From Eledone cirrhosa (lineage: Eukaryota), in NCBI GenBank assembly GCA_964016885.1, contig OZ024746.1:50344001-50408000 (forward strand): 64,000 nucleotides of DNA, in the 5' to 3' direction. Of the stretch, positions 1-13,127 are shown one piece after another; position 1 is the first letter of the stretch, and each line of letters starts with the position of its first letter. The notes beneath the pieces are model-generated. The model searched no databases. It saw only the letters and a program-made list of their open reading frames with translations, and had not been told where the DNA came from. A program made the translations under genes and the position numbers.

Positions 1-188
1 TGATATGTATTTTGTATTTTTCAAAAATTTTTCAACGTGTCGAAACACGATGAATAAACGCATTTTTTTGAAAAAAAACATTTTATCCAAATATTGTGTA
101 AAGTGATCAATTTATGAAAAACCTAAAAAAATCAATTTTAGATACCAGAAGTAAATATTTCGAAATGTATAAAAAAATTGATTATTTT

Positions 189-323
189 AGGTTTTTCACA
201 AATTGATCATTTTACAAAGTATTTCGAAAAATTGTTTTTTTTCAGAAAAGATTGATTTTTTTTCTTTGATTTTCAGATATCAGAAGTAAATATTTTGAAA
301 TGTATAAAAAAATTGATTATTTT
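189..323 (+). repeat. ~135-bp truncated monomer (jumps from the start of the long spacer directly into loop A)
   Basis: Junction 'ttctttgattttcagatatcagaag'. The same unit starts at ~11782, ~27086, ~39831 and ~42208. Confidence 0.85.
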
Positions 324-569
324 AGGTTTTTCACAAATTGATCATTTTACACAGTATTTCGAAAAATTGTTTTTTTTCAAAAAAGATTGATTTTTTTTCT
401 TTCGAAATGTATACTTTCTGATTTCGAAAATTGACATATATTTTGTATTTTTCAAAAGTTTTTCAACGTGTCGAGATACGATGAATAAACGCATTTTTTT
501 GAAAAAAAACATTTTTTCCAAATACTTTGTAAAATGATCGATTTGTGAAAAACCCCAAAAAATCAATTT
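310..569. repeat. Representative monomer with ~75-bp imperfect inverted arms (310-384 and 495-569)
   Basis: The left arm 'aaattgattattttaggtttttcacaaattgatcattttacacagtatttcgaaaaattgttttttttcaaaaaa' is the near reverse complement of the right arm 'ttttttgaaaaaaaacattttttccaaatactttgtaaaatgatcgatttgtgaaaaaccccaaaaaatcaattt'. The same arrangement holds in essentially every full monomer. Confidence 0.95.
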
Positions 570-1469
570 TAGATATCAGAAGTAAATATTTCGAAATGTA
601 TAAAAAAATTGATTATTTTAGGTTTTTCACAAATTGATCATTTTACACAGTATTTCGAAAAATTGTTTTTTTTCAAAAAGGTGATTTTTTTTCGATTTCG
701 AAAATTGATATGTATTTTGTATTTTTCAAAAATTTTTCAACGTGTCGAAACACGATGAATAAACGCATTATTTTGAAAAAAAACATTTTTTCCAAATATT
801 GTGTAAAGTGATCAATTTGTGAAAAACCTAAAAATATCAATTTTAGATACCAGAACTAAATATTTCGAAATGTATAAAAAAATTGATTATTTTAGGTTTT
901 TCACAAATTGATCATTTTACACAGTATTTCGAAAAATTGTTTTTTTTCAGAAAAGATTGATTTTTTTTCTTTCGAATTTCTGATTTCGAAAATTGAGATA
1001 TATTTTGTATTTTTCAAAAATTTTTCAACGTGTCGAGATACGATGAATAAACGCATTTCTTTGAAAAAAAACATCTTTTCCAAATACTTTGTAAAATGAT
1101 CAATTTGTGAAAAACCGAAAAAAATCAATTTTAGAAATCAGAAGTAAATATTTCGAAATGTATAAAAAAATTGATTATTTTAGGTTTTTCACAAATTGAT
1201 CATTTTACACAGTATTTGGAAAAATTGTTTTTTTTCAAAAGAGATTGATTTTTTTTCAGAAAAGTTTGATTTATTTTCGATTTCGAAAATTGATATATAT
1301 TATGTATTTTTCAAAAATTTTTCAACGTGTCGAAACACGATGTATAAACGCATTTTTTTGAAAAAAAAACATTTTTTCTAAAAATGATCAATTTGTGAAA
1401 AACCGAAAAAAATCAATTTTAGAAATCAGAAGTAAATATTTCGAAAAGTATAAAAAAATTGATTATTTT

Positions 1470-1598
1470 AGGTTTTTCACAAATTGATCATTTTACACAG
1501 TATTTCGAAAAATTGTTTTTTTTCAAAAAAGATTGATTTTTTTTCTTTCAAAATATATACTTTCTGATTTCGAAAAGTATAAAAAAATTGATTATTTT
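1470..1598 (+). repeat. ~129-bp truncated monomer joined at an 'atttcgaaaa' microhomology
   Basis: Junction 'ctttctgatttcgaaaagtataaaaaaattg'; second copy at ~18525. Confidence 0.8.
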
Positions 1599-2170
1599 AG
1601 GTTTTTCACAAATTGATCATTTTACACAGTATTTCGAAAAATTGTTTTTTTTCAGAAAAGTTTGATTTATTTTCGATTTCGAAAATTGATATATATTATG
1701 TATTTTTCAAAAATTTTTCAACGTGTCGAAACACGATGTATAAACGCATTATTTTGAAAAAAAACATTTTTTCCAAATACTGTGTAAAATGATCAATTTG
1801 TGAAAAACCGAAAAAAATCAATTTTCGAAATCAGAAGTAAATATTTCGAAATGTATAAAAAAATTGATTATTTTACGTTTTTCACAAATTGATCATTTTA
1901 CACAGTATTTCGAAAAATTGTTTTTTTTCAAAAAAGATTGATTTTTTTTCTTTCGAAATGTATACTTTCTGATTTCGAAAATTGATATATATTTTGTATT
2001 TTTCAAAAATTTTTCAACGTGTCGAGATACGATGAATAAACGCATTTTTTTAAAAAAAAACATCTTTTCCAAATACTTTGTAAAATGATCAATTTGTGAA
2101 AAACCGAAAAAAATCAATTTTAGAAATCAGAAGTAAATATTTCGAAATGTATAAAAAAATTGATTATTTT

Positions 2171-2270
2171 AGGTTTTTCACAAAATGATCAATTTGTGAA
2201 AAACCGAAAAAAATCAATTTTAGAAATCAGAAGTAAATATTTCGAAATGTATAAAAAAATTGATTATTTT
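2171..2270 (+). repeat. 100-bp mini-monomer with the two arms fused at the TGATCA dyad
   Basis: 'ggtttttcacaaaatgatcaatttgtgaaaaacc'; 'aggtttttca' at 2171 and 2271. Other copies at ~13940, ~15177, ~17849 and ~19226. Confidence 0.9.
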
Positions 2271-5200
2271 AGGTTTTTCACAAATTGATCATTTTACACA
2301 GTATTTCGAAAAATTGTTTTTTTTCAAAAAAGATTGATTTTTTTTCTTTCGAAATGTATACTTTCTGATATCGAAAATTGATATATATTTTGTATTTTTC
2401 AAAAATTTTTCAACGTGTCGAAACACGATGTATAAACGCATTTTTTTAAAAAAAAACATTTTTTCCAAATACTGTGTAAAATGATCAATTTGTGCAAAAC
2501 CGAAAAAAATCAATTTTAGAAATCAGAAGTAAATATTTCGAAATGTATAAAAAATTGATTATTTTAGGTTTTTCACAAATTGATCATTTTACACAGTATT
2601 TCGAAAAATTGTTTTTTTTCAGAAAAGTTTGATTTATTTTCGATTTCGAAAATTGATATATATTTTGTATTTTTCAAAAATTTTTCAACGTGTCGAAACA
2701 CAATGTATAAACGCATTTTTTAAAAAAAAAACATTTTTCTAAATATTGTGTAAAGTGATCGATTTGTGAAAAACCCAAAAAAATCAATTTTAGATATCAG
2801 AAGTAAATATTTCGAAATGTATAAAAAAATTGATTATTTTAGGTTTTTCACAAATTGATCATTTTACACAGTATTTCGAAAAATGGTTTTTTTACAAAAA
2901 AGTTTGATTTTTTTTCGATTTCGAAAATTGATATATATTTTGTACTTTTCAAAAATTTTTCAACGTGTCGAAACACAATGTAAAAACGCATATTTTTTAA
3001 AAAAAACATTTTTTCCAAATACTGTGTAAAATGGTCAATTTGTGAAAAACCGAAAAAAATCAATTTTAGAAATCAGAAGTAAATATTTTGAAATGTATAA
3101 AAAAATTGATTATTTTAGGTTTTTCACAAATTGATCATTTTACACAGTATTTCGAAAAATTGTTTTTTTTCAAAAAAGTGATTTTTTTTCGATTTCGAAA
3201 ATTGATATGTATTTTGTATTTTTCAAAAATTTTTCAACGTGTCGAAACACGATGAATAAACGCATTATTTTGAAAAAAAACATTTTTTCCAAATATTGTG
3301 TAAAGTGATCAATTTGTGAAAAACCTAAAAATATCAATTTTAGATACCAGAACTAAATATTTCGAAATGTATAAAAAAATTGATTATTTTAGGTTTTTCA
3401 CAAATTGATCATTTTACACAGTATTTCGAAAAATTGTTTTTTTTCAAAAAAGATTGATTTTTTTTCTTTCGAAATGTATACTTTCTGATTTCGAAAATTG
3501 ATATATATTTTGTATTTTTCAAAAATTTTTCAACGTGTCGAAACACAACGTATAAACGCATTTTTTAAAAAAAAAACATTTTTTCTAAATATTGTGTAAA
3601 GGTGAAAAACCTAAAAAAATCAATTTTAGATATCAGAAGTAAATATTTCGAAATGTATAAAAAAATTGATTATTTTAGGTTTTTCACAAATTGATCATTT
3701 TACACAGTATTTCGAAAAATTGTTTTTTTTCAAAAAAGTTTGATTTTTTTTCGATTTCGAAAATTGATATATATTTTGTATTTTTCAAAAATTTTTCAAC
3801 GTGTCGAAACACAATGTAAAAACGCATATTTTTGAAAAAAAACATTTTTTCCAAATACTGTGTAAAATAATCAATTTGTGAAAAACCGAAAAAAATCAAT
3901 TTTAGAAATCAGAAGTAAATATTTTGAAATGTATAAAAAAATTGATTATTTTAGGTTTTTCACAAATTGATCATTTTACACAGTATTTCGAAAAATTGTT
4001 TTTTTTCAAAAAAGATTGATTTTTTTTTCTTTCGAAATGTATACTTTCTGATATCGAAAATTGAAATATATTTTGTATTTTTCAAAAGTTTTTCAACGTG
4101 TCGAGATACGATGAATAAACGCATTTTTTTGAAAAAAAACATTATTTCCAAATACTTTGTAAAATGATCGATTTGTGAAAAACCCCAAAAAATCAATTTT
4201 AGATATCAGAAGTAAATATTTCGAAATGTATAAAAAAATTGATTATTTTAGGTTTTTCACAAATTGATCATTTTACACAGTATTTCGAAGAATTGTTTTT
4301 TTTCAAAAAAGTGATTTTTTTTCGATTTCGAAAATTGATATGTATTTTGTATTTTTCAAAAATTTTTCAACGTGTCGAAACACGATGAATAAAACCATTA
4401 TTTTGCAAAAAAACATTTTTTCCAAATATTGTGTAAAGTGATCAATTTGTGAAAAACCTAAAAATATCAATTTTAGATACCAGAACTAAATATTTCGAAA
4501 TGTATAAAAAAATTGATTATTTTAGGTTTTTCACAAATTGATCATTTTACACAGTATTTCGAAAAATTGTTTTTTTTCAGAAAAGATTGATTTTTTTTCT
4601 TTCGAAATATATACTTTCTGATTTCGAAAATTGATATATATTTTGTATTTTTCAAAAATTTTTCAACGTGTCAAAACAGAATGTATAAACGCATTTTTTT
4701 AAAAAAAAACATTTTTTCTAAATATTGTGTAAAGGTGAAAAACCTAAAAAAATCAATTTTAGATATCAGAAGTAAATATTTCGAAATGTATAAAAAAATT
4801 GATTATTTTAGGTTTTTCACAAATTGATCATTTTACACAGTATTTCGAAAAATTGTTTTTTTTCAAAAAAGTTTGATTTTTTTTCGATTTCGAAAATTGA
4901 TATATATTTTGTATTTTTCAAAAATTTTTCAACGTGTCGAAACACAATGTAAAAACGCATATTTTTGAAAAAAAACATTTTTTCCAAATACTGTGTAAAA
5001 TGATCAATTTGTGAAAAACCGAAAAAAATCAATTTTAGAAATCAGAAGTAAATATTTTGAAATGTATAAAAAAATTGATTATTTTAGGTTTTTCACAGAT
5101 CGATCATTTTACACAGTATTTCGAAAAATTGTTTTTTTTCAAAAAAGATTGATTTTTTTTCTTTCGAAATGTATACTTTCTGATTTCGCATTTTACACAG

Positions 5201-5714
5201 TATTTCGAAAAATTGTTTTTTTTCAAAAAAGTGATTTTTTTTCGATTTCGAAAATTGATATATATTTTGTATTTTTCAAAAATTTTTCAACGTGTCGAAA
5301 CACAATGTATAAACGCATTTTTTTGAAAAAAAACATTTTTTCCAAATACTGTGTAAAATGATCAATATATGAAAAACCGAAAAAAATCAATTTTAGAAAT
5401 CAGAAGTAAATATTTCTAAATGTATAAAAAATTGATTATTTTAGGTTTTTCACAAATTGATCATTTTACACAGTATTTCGAAAAATTGTTTTTTTTCAGA
5501 AAAGTTTGATTTATTTTCGATTTCGAAAATTGATATATATGTATTTTTCAAAAATTTTTCAACGTGTCGATACACGATGTATAAACGCATTATTTTGAAA
5601 AAAACATTTTTTCCAAATACTGTGTAAAATGATCAATTTGTGAAAAACCGAAAAAAATCAATTTTAGAAATCAGAAGTAAATATTTCGAAATGTATAAAA
5701 AAATTGATTATTTT

Positions 5715-5820
5715 AGGTTTTTCACAAATTGATCATTTTACAATTTGTGAAAAACCTAAAAAAATCAATTTTAGAAATCAGAAGTAAATATTTCGAAATG
5801 TATAAAAAATTGATTATTTT
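5715..5820 (+). repeat. 106-bp mini-monomer lacking the long spacer
   Basis: 'ggtttttcacaaattgatcattttacaatttgtgaaaaacc'. About 22 copies, e.g. 6362, 7019, 7392, 8322, 8695, 9919, 11135, 23266, 23913, 24560, 25217, 26164, 33886, 34533, 35180, 35837, 36210, 37432, 38909, 50115, 55845. Confidence 0.9.
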
Positions 5821-6769
5821 AGGTTTTTCACAAATTGATCATTTAACACAGTATTTCGAAAAATTGTTTTTTTTCAGAAAAGTTTGATTTATTTTCGATT
5901 TCGAAAATTGATATATATTTTGTATTTTTCAAAAATTTTTCAACGTGTCGAAACACAATGTATAAACGCATTTTTTTGAAAAAAAACATTTTATCCAAAT
6001 ATTGTGTAAAGTGATCAATTTATGAAAAACCTAAAAAAATCAATTTTAGATACCAGAAGTAAATATTTCGAAATGTATAAAAAAATTGATTATTTTAGGT
6101 TTTTCACAAATTGATCATTTTACACAGTATTTCGAAAAATTGTTTTTTTTCAAAAAAGTGATTTTTTTTCGATTTCGAAAATTGATATGTATTTTGTATT
6201 TTTCAATAATTTTTCAACGTGTCGAAACACGATGTATAAACGCATTTTTTTGAAAAAAAAACATTTTTTCTAAAAATGATCAATTTGTGAAAAACCGAAA
6301 AAAATCAATTTTAGAAATCAGAAGTAAATATTTCGAAATGTATAAAAAAATTGATTATTTTAGGTTTTTCACAAATTGATCATTTTACAATTTGTGAAAA
6401 ACCGAAAAAAATCAATTTTAGAAATCAGAAGTAAATATTTCGAAATGTATAAAAAATTGATTATTTTAGGTTTTTCAGAAATTGATCATTTTACACAGTA
6501 TTTCGAAAAATTGTTTTTTTTCAGAAAAGTTTGATTTATTTTCGATTTCGAAAATTGATATATATTTTGTATTTTTCAAAAATTTTTCAACGTGTCGAAA
6601 CACAATGTATAAACGCATTTTTTAAAAAAAAAACATTTTTTCTAAATATTGTGTAAAGTGATCGATTTGTGAAAAACCTAAAAAAATCAATTTTAGATAT
6701 CAGAAGTAAATATTTCGAAATGTATAAAAAAATTGATTATTTTAGGTTTTTTCACACATTGATCATTTT

Positions 6770-9380
6770 ACACAGTATTTCGAAAAATTGTTTTTTTTCA
6801 AAAAAGTGATTTTTTTTCGATTTCGAAAATTGATATGTATTTTGTATTTTTCAAAAATTTTTCAACGTGTCGAAACAGGATGAATAAACGCATTTTTTTG
6901 AAAAAAAACATTTTATCCAAATATTGTGTAAAGTGATCAATTTATGAAAAACCTAAAAAAATCAATTTTAGATACCAGAAGTAAATATTTCGAAATGTAT
7001 AAAAAAATTGATTATTTTAGGTTTTTCACAAATTGATCATTTTACAATTTGTGAAAAACCTAAAAAAATCAATTTTAGAAATCAGAAGTAAATATTTCGA
7101 AATGTATAAAAAATTGATTATTTTAGGTTTTTCACAAATTGATCATTTTACACAGTATTTCGAAAAATTGTTTTTTTTCAGAAAAGTTTGATTTATTTTC
7201 GATTTCGAAAATTGATATATATTTTGTATTTTTCAAAAATTTTTCAACGTGTCGAAACACAATGTATAAACGCATTTTTTTGAAAAAAAAACATTTTTTC
7301 TAAAAATGATCAATTTGTGAAAAACCGAAAAAAATCAATTTTAGAAATCAGAAGTAAATATTCCGAAATGTATAAAAAAATTGATTATTTTAGGTTTTTC
7401 ACAAATTGATCATTTTACAATTTGTGAAAAACCGAAAAAAATCAATTTTAGAAATCAGAAGTAAATATTTCGAAATGTATAAAAAATTGATTATTTTAGG
7501 TTTTTCACAAATTGATCATTTTACACAGTATTTCGAAAAATTTTTTTTTTCAGAAAAGTTTGATTTATTTTCGATTTCGAATATTGATATATATTTTGTA
7601 TTTTTCAAAAATTTTTCAACGTGTCGAAACACAATGTATAAACGCATTTTTTTTAAAAAAAACATTTTTTCTAAATATTGTGTAAAGTGATCGATTTGTG
7701 AAAAACCTAAAAAAATCAATTTTAGATATCAGAAGTAAATATTTCGAAATGTATAAAAAAATTGATTATTTTAGGTTTTTTCACACATTGATCATTTTAC
7801 ACAGTATTTCGAAAAATTGTTTTTTCTCAAAAAAGTGATTTTTTTTCGATTTCGAAAATTGATATGTATTTTGTATTTTTCAAAAATTTTTCAACGTGTC
7901 GTGACACGATGAATAAACGCATTTTTTTGAAAAAAAACATTTTATCCAAATATTGTGTAAAGTGATCAATTTATGAAAAACCTAAAAAAATCAATTTTAG
8001 ATACCAGAAGTAAATATTTCGAAATGTATAAAAAAATTGATTATTTTAGGTTTTTCACAAATTGATCATTTTACAAAGTATTTCGAAAAATTGTTTTTTT
8101 TCAAAAAAGTGATTTTTTTTCGATTTCGAAAATTGATATGTATTTTGTATTTTTCAAAAATTTTTCAACGTGTCGAAACAGGATGAATAAACGCATTTTT
8201 TTGAAAAAAAACATTTTATCCAAATATTGTGTAAAGTGATCAATTTATGAAAAACCTAAAAAAATCAATTTTAGATACCAGAAGTAAATATTTCGAAATG
8301 TATAAAAAAATTGATTATTTTAGGTTTTTCACAAATTGATCATTTTACAATTTGTGAAAAACCTAAAAAAATCAATTTTAGAAATCAGAAGTAAATATTT
8401 CGAAATGTATAAAAAATTGATTATTTTAGGTTTTTCACAAATTGATCATTTTACACAGTATTTCGAAAAATTGTTTTTTTTCAGAAAAGTTTGATTTATT
8501 TTCGATTTCGAAAATTGATATATATTTTGTATTTTTCAAAAATTTTTCAACGTGTCGAAACACAATGTATAAACGCATTTTTTTGAAAAAAAAACATTTT
8601 TTCTAAAAATGATCAATTTGTGAAAAACCGAAAAAAATCAATTTTAGAAATCAGAAGTAAATATTCCGAAATGTATAAAAAAATTGATTATTTTAGGTTT
8701 TTCACAAATTGATCATTTTACAATTTGTGAAAAACCGAAAAAAATCAATTTTAGAAATCAGAAGTAAATATTTCGAAATGTATAAAAAATTGATTATTTT
8801 AGGTTTTTCACAAATTGATCATTTTACACAGTATTTCGAAAAATTTTTTTTTTCAGAAAAGTTTGATTTATTTTCGATTTCGAATATTGATATATATTTT
8901 GTATTTTTCAAAAATTTTTCAACGTGTCGAAACACAATGTATAAACGCATTTTTTTTAAAAAAAACATTTTTTCTAAATATTGTGTAAAGTGATCGATTT
9001 GTGAAAAACCTAAAAAAATCAATTTTAGATATCAGAAGTAAATATTTCGAAATGTATAAAAAAATTGATTATTTTAGGTTTTTTCACACATTGATCATTT
9101 TACACAGTATTTCGAAAAATTGTTTTTTCTCAAAAAAGTGATTTTTTTTCGATTTCGAAAATTGATATGTATTTTGTATTTTTCAAAAATTTTTCAACGT
9201 GTCGTGACACGATGAATAAACGCATTTTTTTGAAAAAAAACATTTTATCCAAATATTGTGTAAAGTGATCAATTTATGAAAAACCTAAAAAAATCAATTT
9301 TAGATACCAGAAGTAAATATTTCGAAATGTATAAAAAAATTGATTATTTTAGGTTTTTCACAAATTGATCATTTTACAAA
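6770..9380 (+). repeat. Tandem higher-order duplication, 1303-bp period
   Basis: Rare variants 'cgaaacagga' 6871/8174, 'ttccgaaatg' 7361/8664 and 'gtgacac' 7901/9204, plus identical ORFs at 7406/8709, are all offset by 1303. Confidence 0.9.
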
Positions 9381-11480
9381 GTATTTCGAAAAATTGTTTT
9401 TTTTCAAAAAAGTGATTTTTTTTCGATTTCGAAAATTGATATGTATTTTGTATTTTTCAAAAATTTTTCAACGTGTCGAAACACGATGAATAAACGCATT
9501 ATTTTGAAAAAAAACATTGTTTCCAAATATTGTGTAAAGTGATCAATTTGTGAAAAACCTAAAAATATCAATTTTAGATACCAGAACTAAATATTTCGAA
9601 ATGTATAAAAAAATTGATTATAGGTTTTTCACAAATTGATCATTTTACACAGTATTTCGAAAAATTGTTTTTTTTTCAGAAAAGATTGATTTTTTATCTT
9701 TCGAAATATATACTTTCTGATTTCGAAAATTGATATATATTTTGTATTTTTCAAATATTTTTCAACGTGTCGAAACACAATGTATAAACGCATTTTTTTG
9801 AAAAAAAACATTTTTTCCAAATACTGTGTAAAATGATCAATTAGTGAAAAACCGAAAAAAATCAATTTTAGAAATCAGAAGTAAATATTTCGAAATGTAT
9901 AAAAAAATTGATTATTTTAGGTTTTTCACAAATTGATCATTTTACAATTTGTGAAAAACCGAAAAAAATCAATTTTAGAAATCAGAAGTAAATATTTCGA
10001 AATGTATAAAAAATTGATTATTTTAGGTTTTTCACAAATTGATCATTTTACACAGTATTTCGAAAAATTGTTTTTTTTCAGAAAAGTTTGATTTATTTTC
10101 GATTTCGAAAATTGATATATATTTTGTATTTTTCAAAAATTTTTCAACGTGTCGAAACACAATGTATAAACGCATTTTTTTGAAAAAAAAACATTTTTTC
10201 TAAAAATGATCAATTTGTGAAAAACCGAAAAAAATCAATTTTAGAAATCAGAAGTAAATATTTCGAAATGTATAAAAAAATTGATTATTTTAGGTTTTTT
10301 CACACATTGATCATTTTACACAGTATTTCGAAAAATTGTTTTTTCTCAAAAAAGTGATTTTTTTTCGATTTCGAAAATTGATATGTATTTTGTATTTTTC
10401 AAAAATTTTTCAACGTGTCGTGACACGATGAATAAACGCATTTTTTTGAAAAAAAACATTTTATCCAAATATTGTGTAAAGTGATCAATTTATGAAAAAC
10501 CTAAAAAAATCAATTTTAGATACCAGAAGTAAATATTTCGAAATGTATAAAAAAATTGATTATTTTAGGTTTTTCACAAATTGATCATTTTACAAAGTAT
10601 TTCGAAAAATTGTTTTTTTTCAAAAAAGTGATTTTTTTTCGATTTCGAAAATTGCTATGTATTTTGTATTTTTCAAAAATTTTTCAACGTGTCGAAACAC
10701 GTTGAATAAACGCATTATTTTGAAAAAAAACATTGTTTCCAAATATTGTGTAAAGTGATCAATTTGTGAAAAACCTAAAAATATCAATTTTAGATACCAG
10801 AACTAAATATTTCGAAATGTATAAAAAAATTGATTATAGGTTTTTCACAAATTGATCATTTTACACAGTATTTCGAAAAATTGTTTTTTTTTCAGAAAAG
10901 ATTGATTTTTTATCTTTCGAAATATATACTTTCTGATTTCGAAAATTGATATATATTTTGTATTTTTCAAATATTTTTCAACGTGTCGAAACACAATGTA
11001 TAAACGCATTTTTTTGAAAAAAAACATTTTTTCCAAATACTGTGTAAAATGATCAATTAGTGAAAAACCGAAAAAAATCAATTTTAGAAATCAGAAGTAA
11101 ATATTTCGAAATGTATAAAAAAATTGATTATTTTAGGTTTTTCACAAATTGATCATTTTACAATTTGTGAAAAACCGAAAAAAATCAATTTTAGAAATCA
11201 GAAGTAAATATTTCGAAATGTATAAAAAATTGATTATTTTAGGTTTTTCACAAATTGATCATTTTACACAGTATTTCGAAAAATTGTTTTTTTTCAGAAA
11301 AGTTTGATTTATTTTCGATTTCGAAAATTGATATATATTTTGTATTTTTCAAAAATTTTTCAACGTGTCGAAACACAATGTATAAACGCATTTTTTTGAA
11401 AAAAAAACATTTTTTCTAAAAATGATCAATTTGTGAAAAACCGAAAAAAATCAATTTTAGAAATCAGAAGTAAATATTTC
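9050..11480 (+). repeat. Tandem higher-order duplication, 1216-bp period
   Basis: 'gtgacac' at 9204/10420 and identical ORFs at 9629/10845; both copies share the 'gattataggttt' and 'cattgtttcc' variants. Confidence 0.88.
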
Positions 11481-13067
11481 GAAATGTATAAAAAATTGAT
11501 TATTTTAGGTTTTTCACAAATTGATCATTTTACACAGTATTTCGAAAAATTTTTTTTTTCAGAAAAGTTTGATTTATTTTCGATTTCGAATATTGATATA
11601 TATTTTGTATTTTTCAAAAATTTTTCAACGTGTCGAAACACAATGTATAAACGCATTTTTTTGAAAAAAAACATTTTATCCAAATATTGTGTAAAGTGAT
11701 CAATTTATGAAAAACCTAAAAAAATCAATTTTAGATACCAGATGTAAATATTTCGAAATGTATAAAAAAATTGATTATTTTAGGTTTTTCACAAATTGAT
11801 CATTTTACAAAGTATTTCGAAAAATTGTTTTTTTTCAGAAAAGATTGATTTTTTTTCTTTGATTTTCAGATATCAGAAGTAAATATTTTGAAATGTATAA
11901 AAAAATTGATTATTTTAGGTTTTTCACAAATTGATCATTTTACACAGTATTTCGAAAAATTGTTTTTTTTCAAAAAATATTGATTTTTTTTCTTTCGAAA
12001 TGTATACTTTCTGATTTCGAAAATTGACATATATTTTGTATTTTTCAAAAGTTTTTCAACGTGTCGAGAAACGATGAATAAACGCATTTTTTTGAAAAAA
12101 AACATTTTTTCCAAATACTTTGTAAAATGATCGATTTGTGAAAAACCCCAAAAAATCAATTTTAGATATCAGAAGTAAATATTTCGAAATGTATAAAAAA
12201 ATTGATTATTTTAGGTTTTTCACAAATTGATCATTTTACACAGTATTTCGAAAAATTGTTTTTTTTCAAAAAGGTGATTTTTTTTCGATTTCGAAAATTG
12301 ATATGTATTTTGTATTTTTCAAAAATTTTTCAACGTGTCGAAACACGATGAATAAACGCATTATTTTGAAAAAAAACATTTTTTCCAAATATTGTGTAAA
12401 GTGATCAATTTGTGAAAAACCTAAAAATATCAATTTTAGATACCAGAACTAAATATTTCGAAATGTATAAAAAAATTGATTATTTTAGGTTTTTCACAAA
12501 TTGATCATTTTACACAGTATTTCGAAAAATTGTTTTTTTTCAGAAAAGATTGATTTTTTTTCTTTCGAATTTCTGATTTCGAAAATTGAGATATATTTTG
12601 TATTTTTCAAAAATTTTTCAACGTGTCGAGATACGATGAATAAACGCATTTCTTTGAAAAAAAACATCTTTTCCAAATACTTTGTAAAATGATCAATTTG
12701 TGAAAAACCGAAAAAAAATCAATTTTAGAAATCAGAAGTAAATATTTCGAAATGTATAAAAAAATTGATTATTTTAGGTTTTTCACAAATTGATCATTTT
12801 ACACAGTATTTCGAAAAATTGTTTTTTTTCAAAAAAGTGATTTTTTTTCGATTTCGAAAATTGATATGTATTTTGTATTTTTCAATAATTTTTCAACGTG
12901 TCGAAACACGATGTATAAACGCATTTTTTTGAAAAAAAACATTTTTTCTAAAAATGATCAATTTGTAAAAAACCGAAAAAAATCAATCAGAAGTAAATAT
13001 TTCTAAATGTATAAAAAATTGATTATTTTAGGTTTTTCACAAATTGATCATTTTACACAAATTGATC

Positions 13068-13127
13068 ATTTTTGAAATCAGAAAGTATATATTTCTTTCG
13101 AAATATATACTTTCTGATTTCAAAAAT
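13068..13127. other. Perfect 28-bp inverted repeat with 4-nt loop (de novo foldback)
   Basis: atttttgaaatcagaaagtatatatttc (13068-13095) / tttc / gaaatatatactttctgatttcaaaaat (13100-13127). Confidence 0.92.

Noticed and set aside
320-330. TTAGG/CCTAA telomere-like motif in the arms
   Set aside because: Single, non-tandem copies, often mutated in the right arm (ccgaa, cccca); expected by chance in this composition.
462-492. CENP-B box in the ACGTGTCGAAACACG motif
   Set aside because: Does not match the required TTCG....A..CGGG core.
310-569. Annotating monomers as intact MITEs or Helitrons
   Set aside because: No target-site duplications, no CTRR end after the hairpin, no recognisable superfamily TIR terminus and no flanking unique DNA. 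Kept only as a hypothesis for the origin.
10683-10725. Rho-independent terminator (hairpin followed by T-rich tract)
   Set aside because: No upstream gene, a weak stem separated from the T run, and a eukaryotic satellite context.
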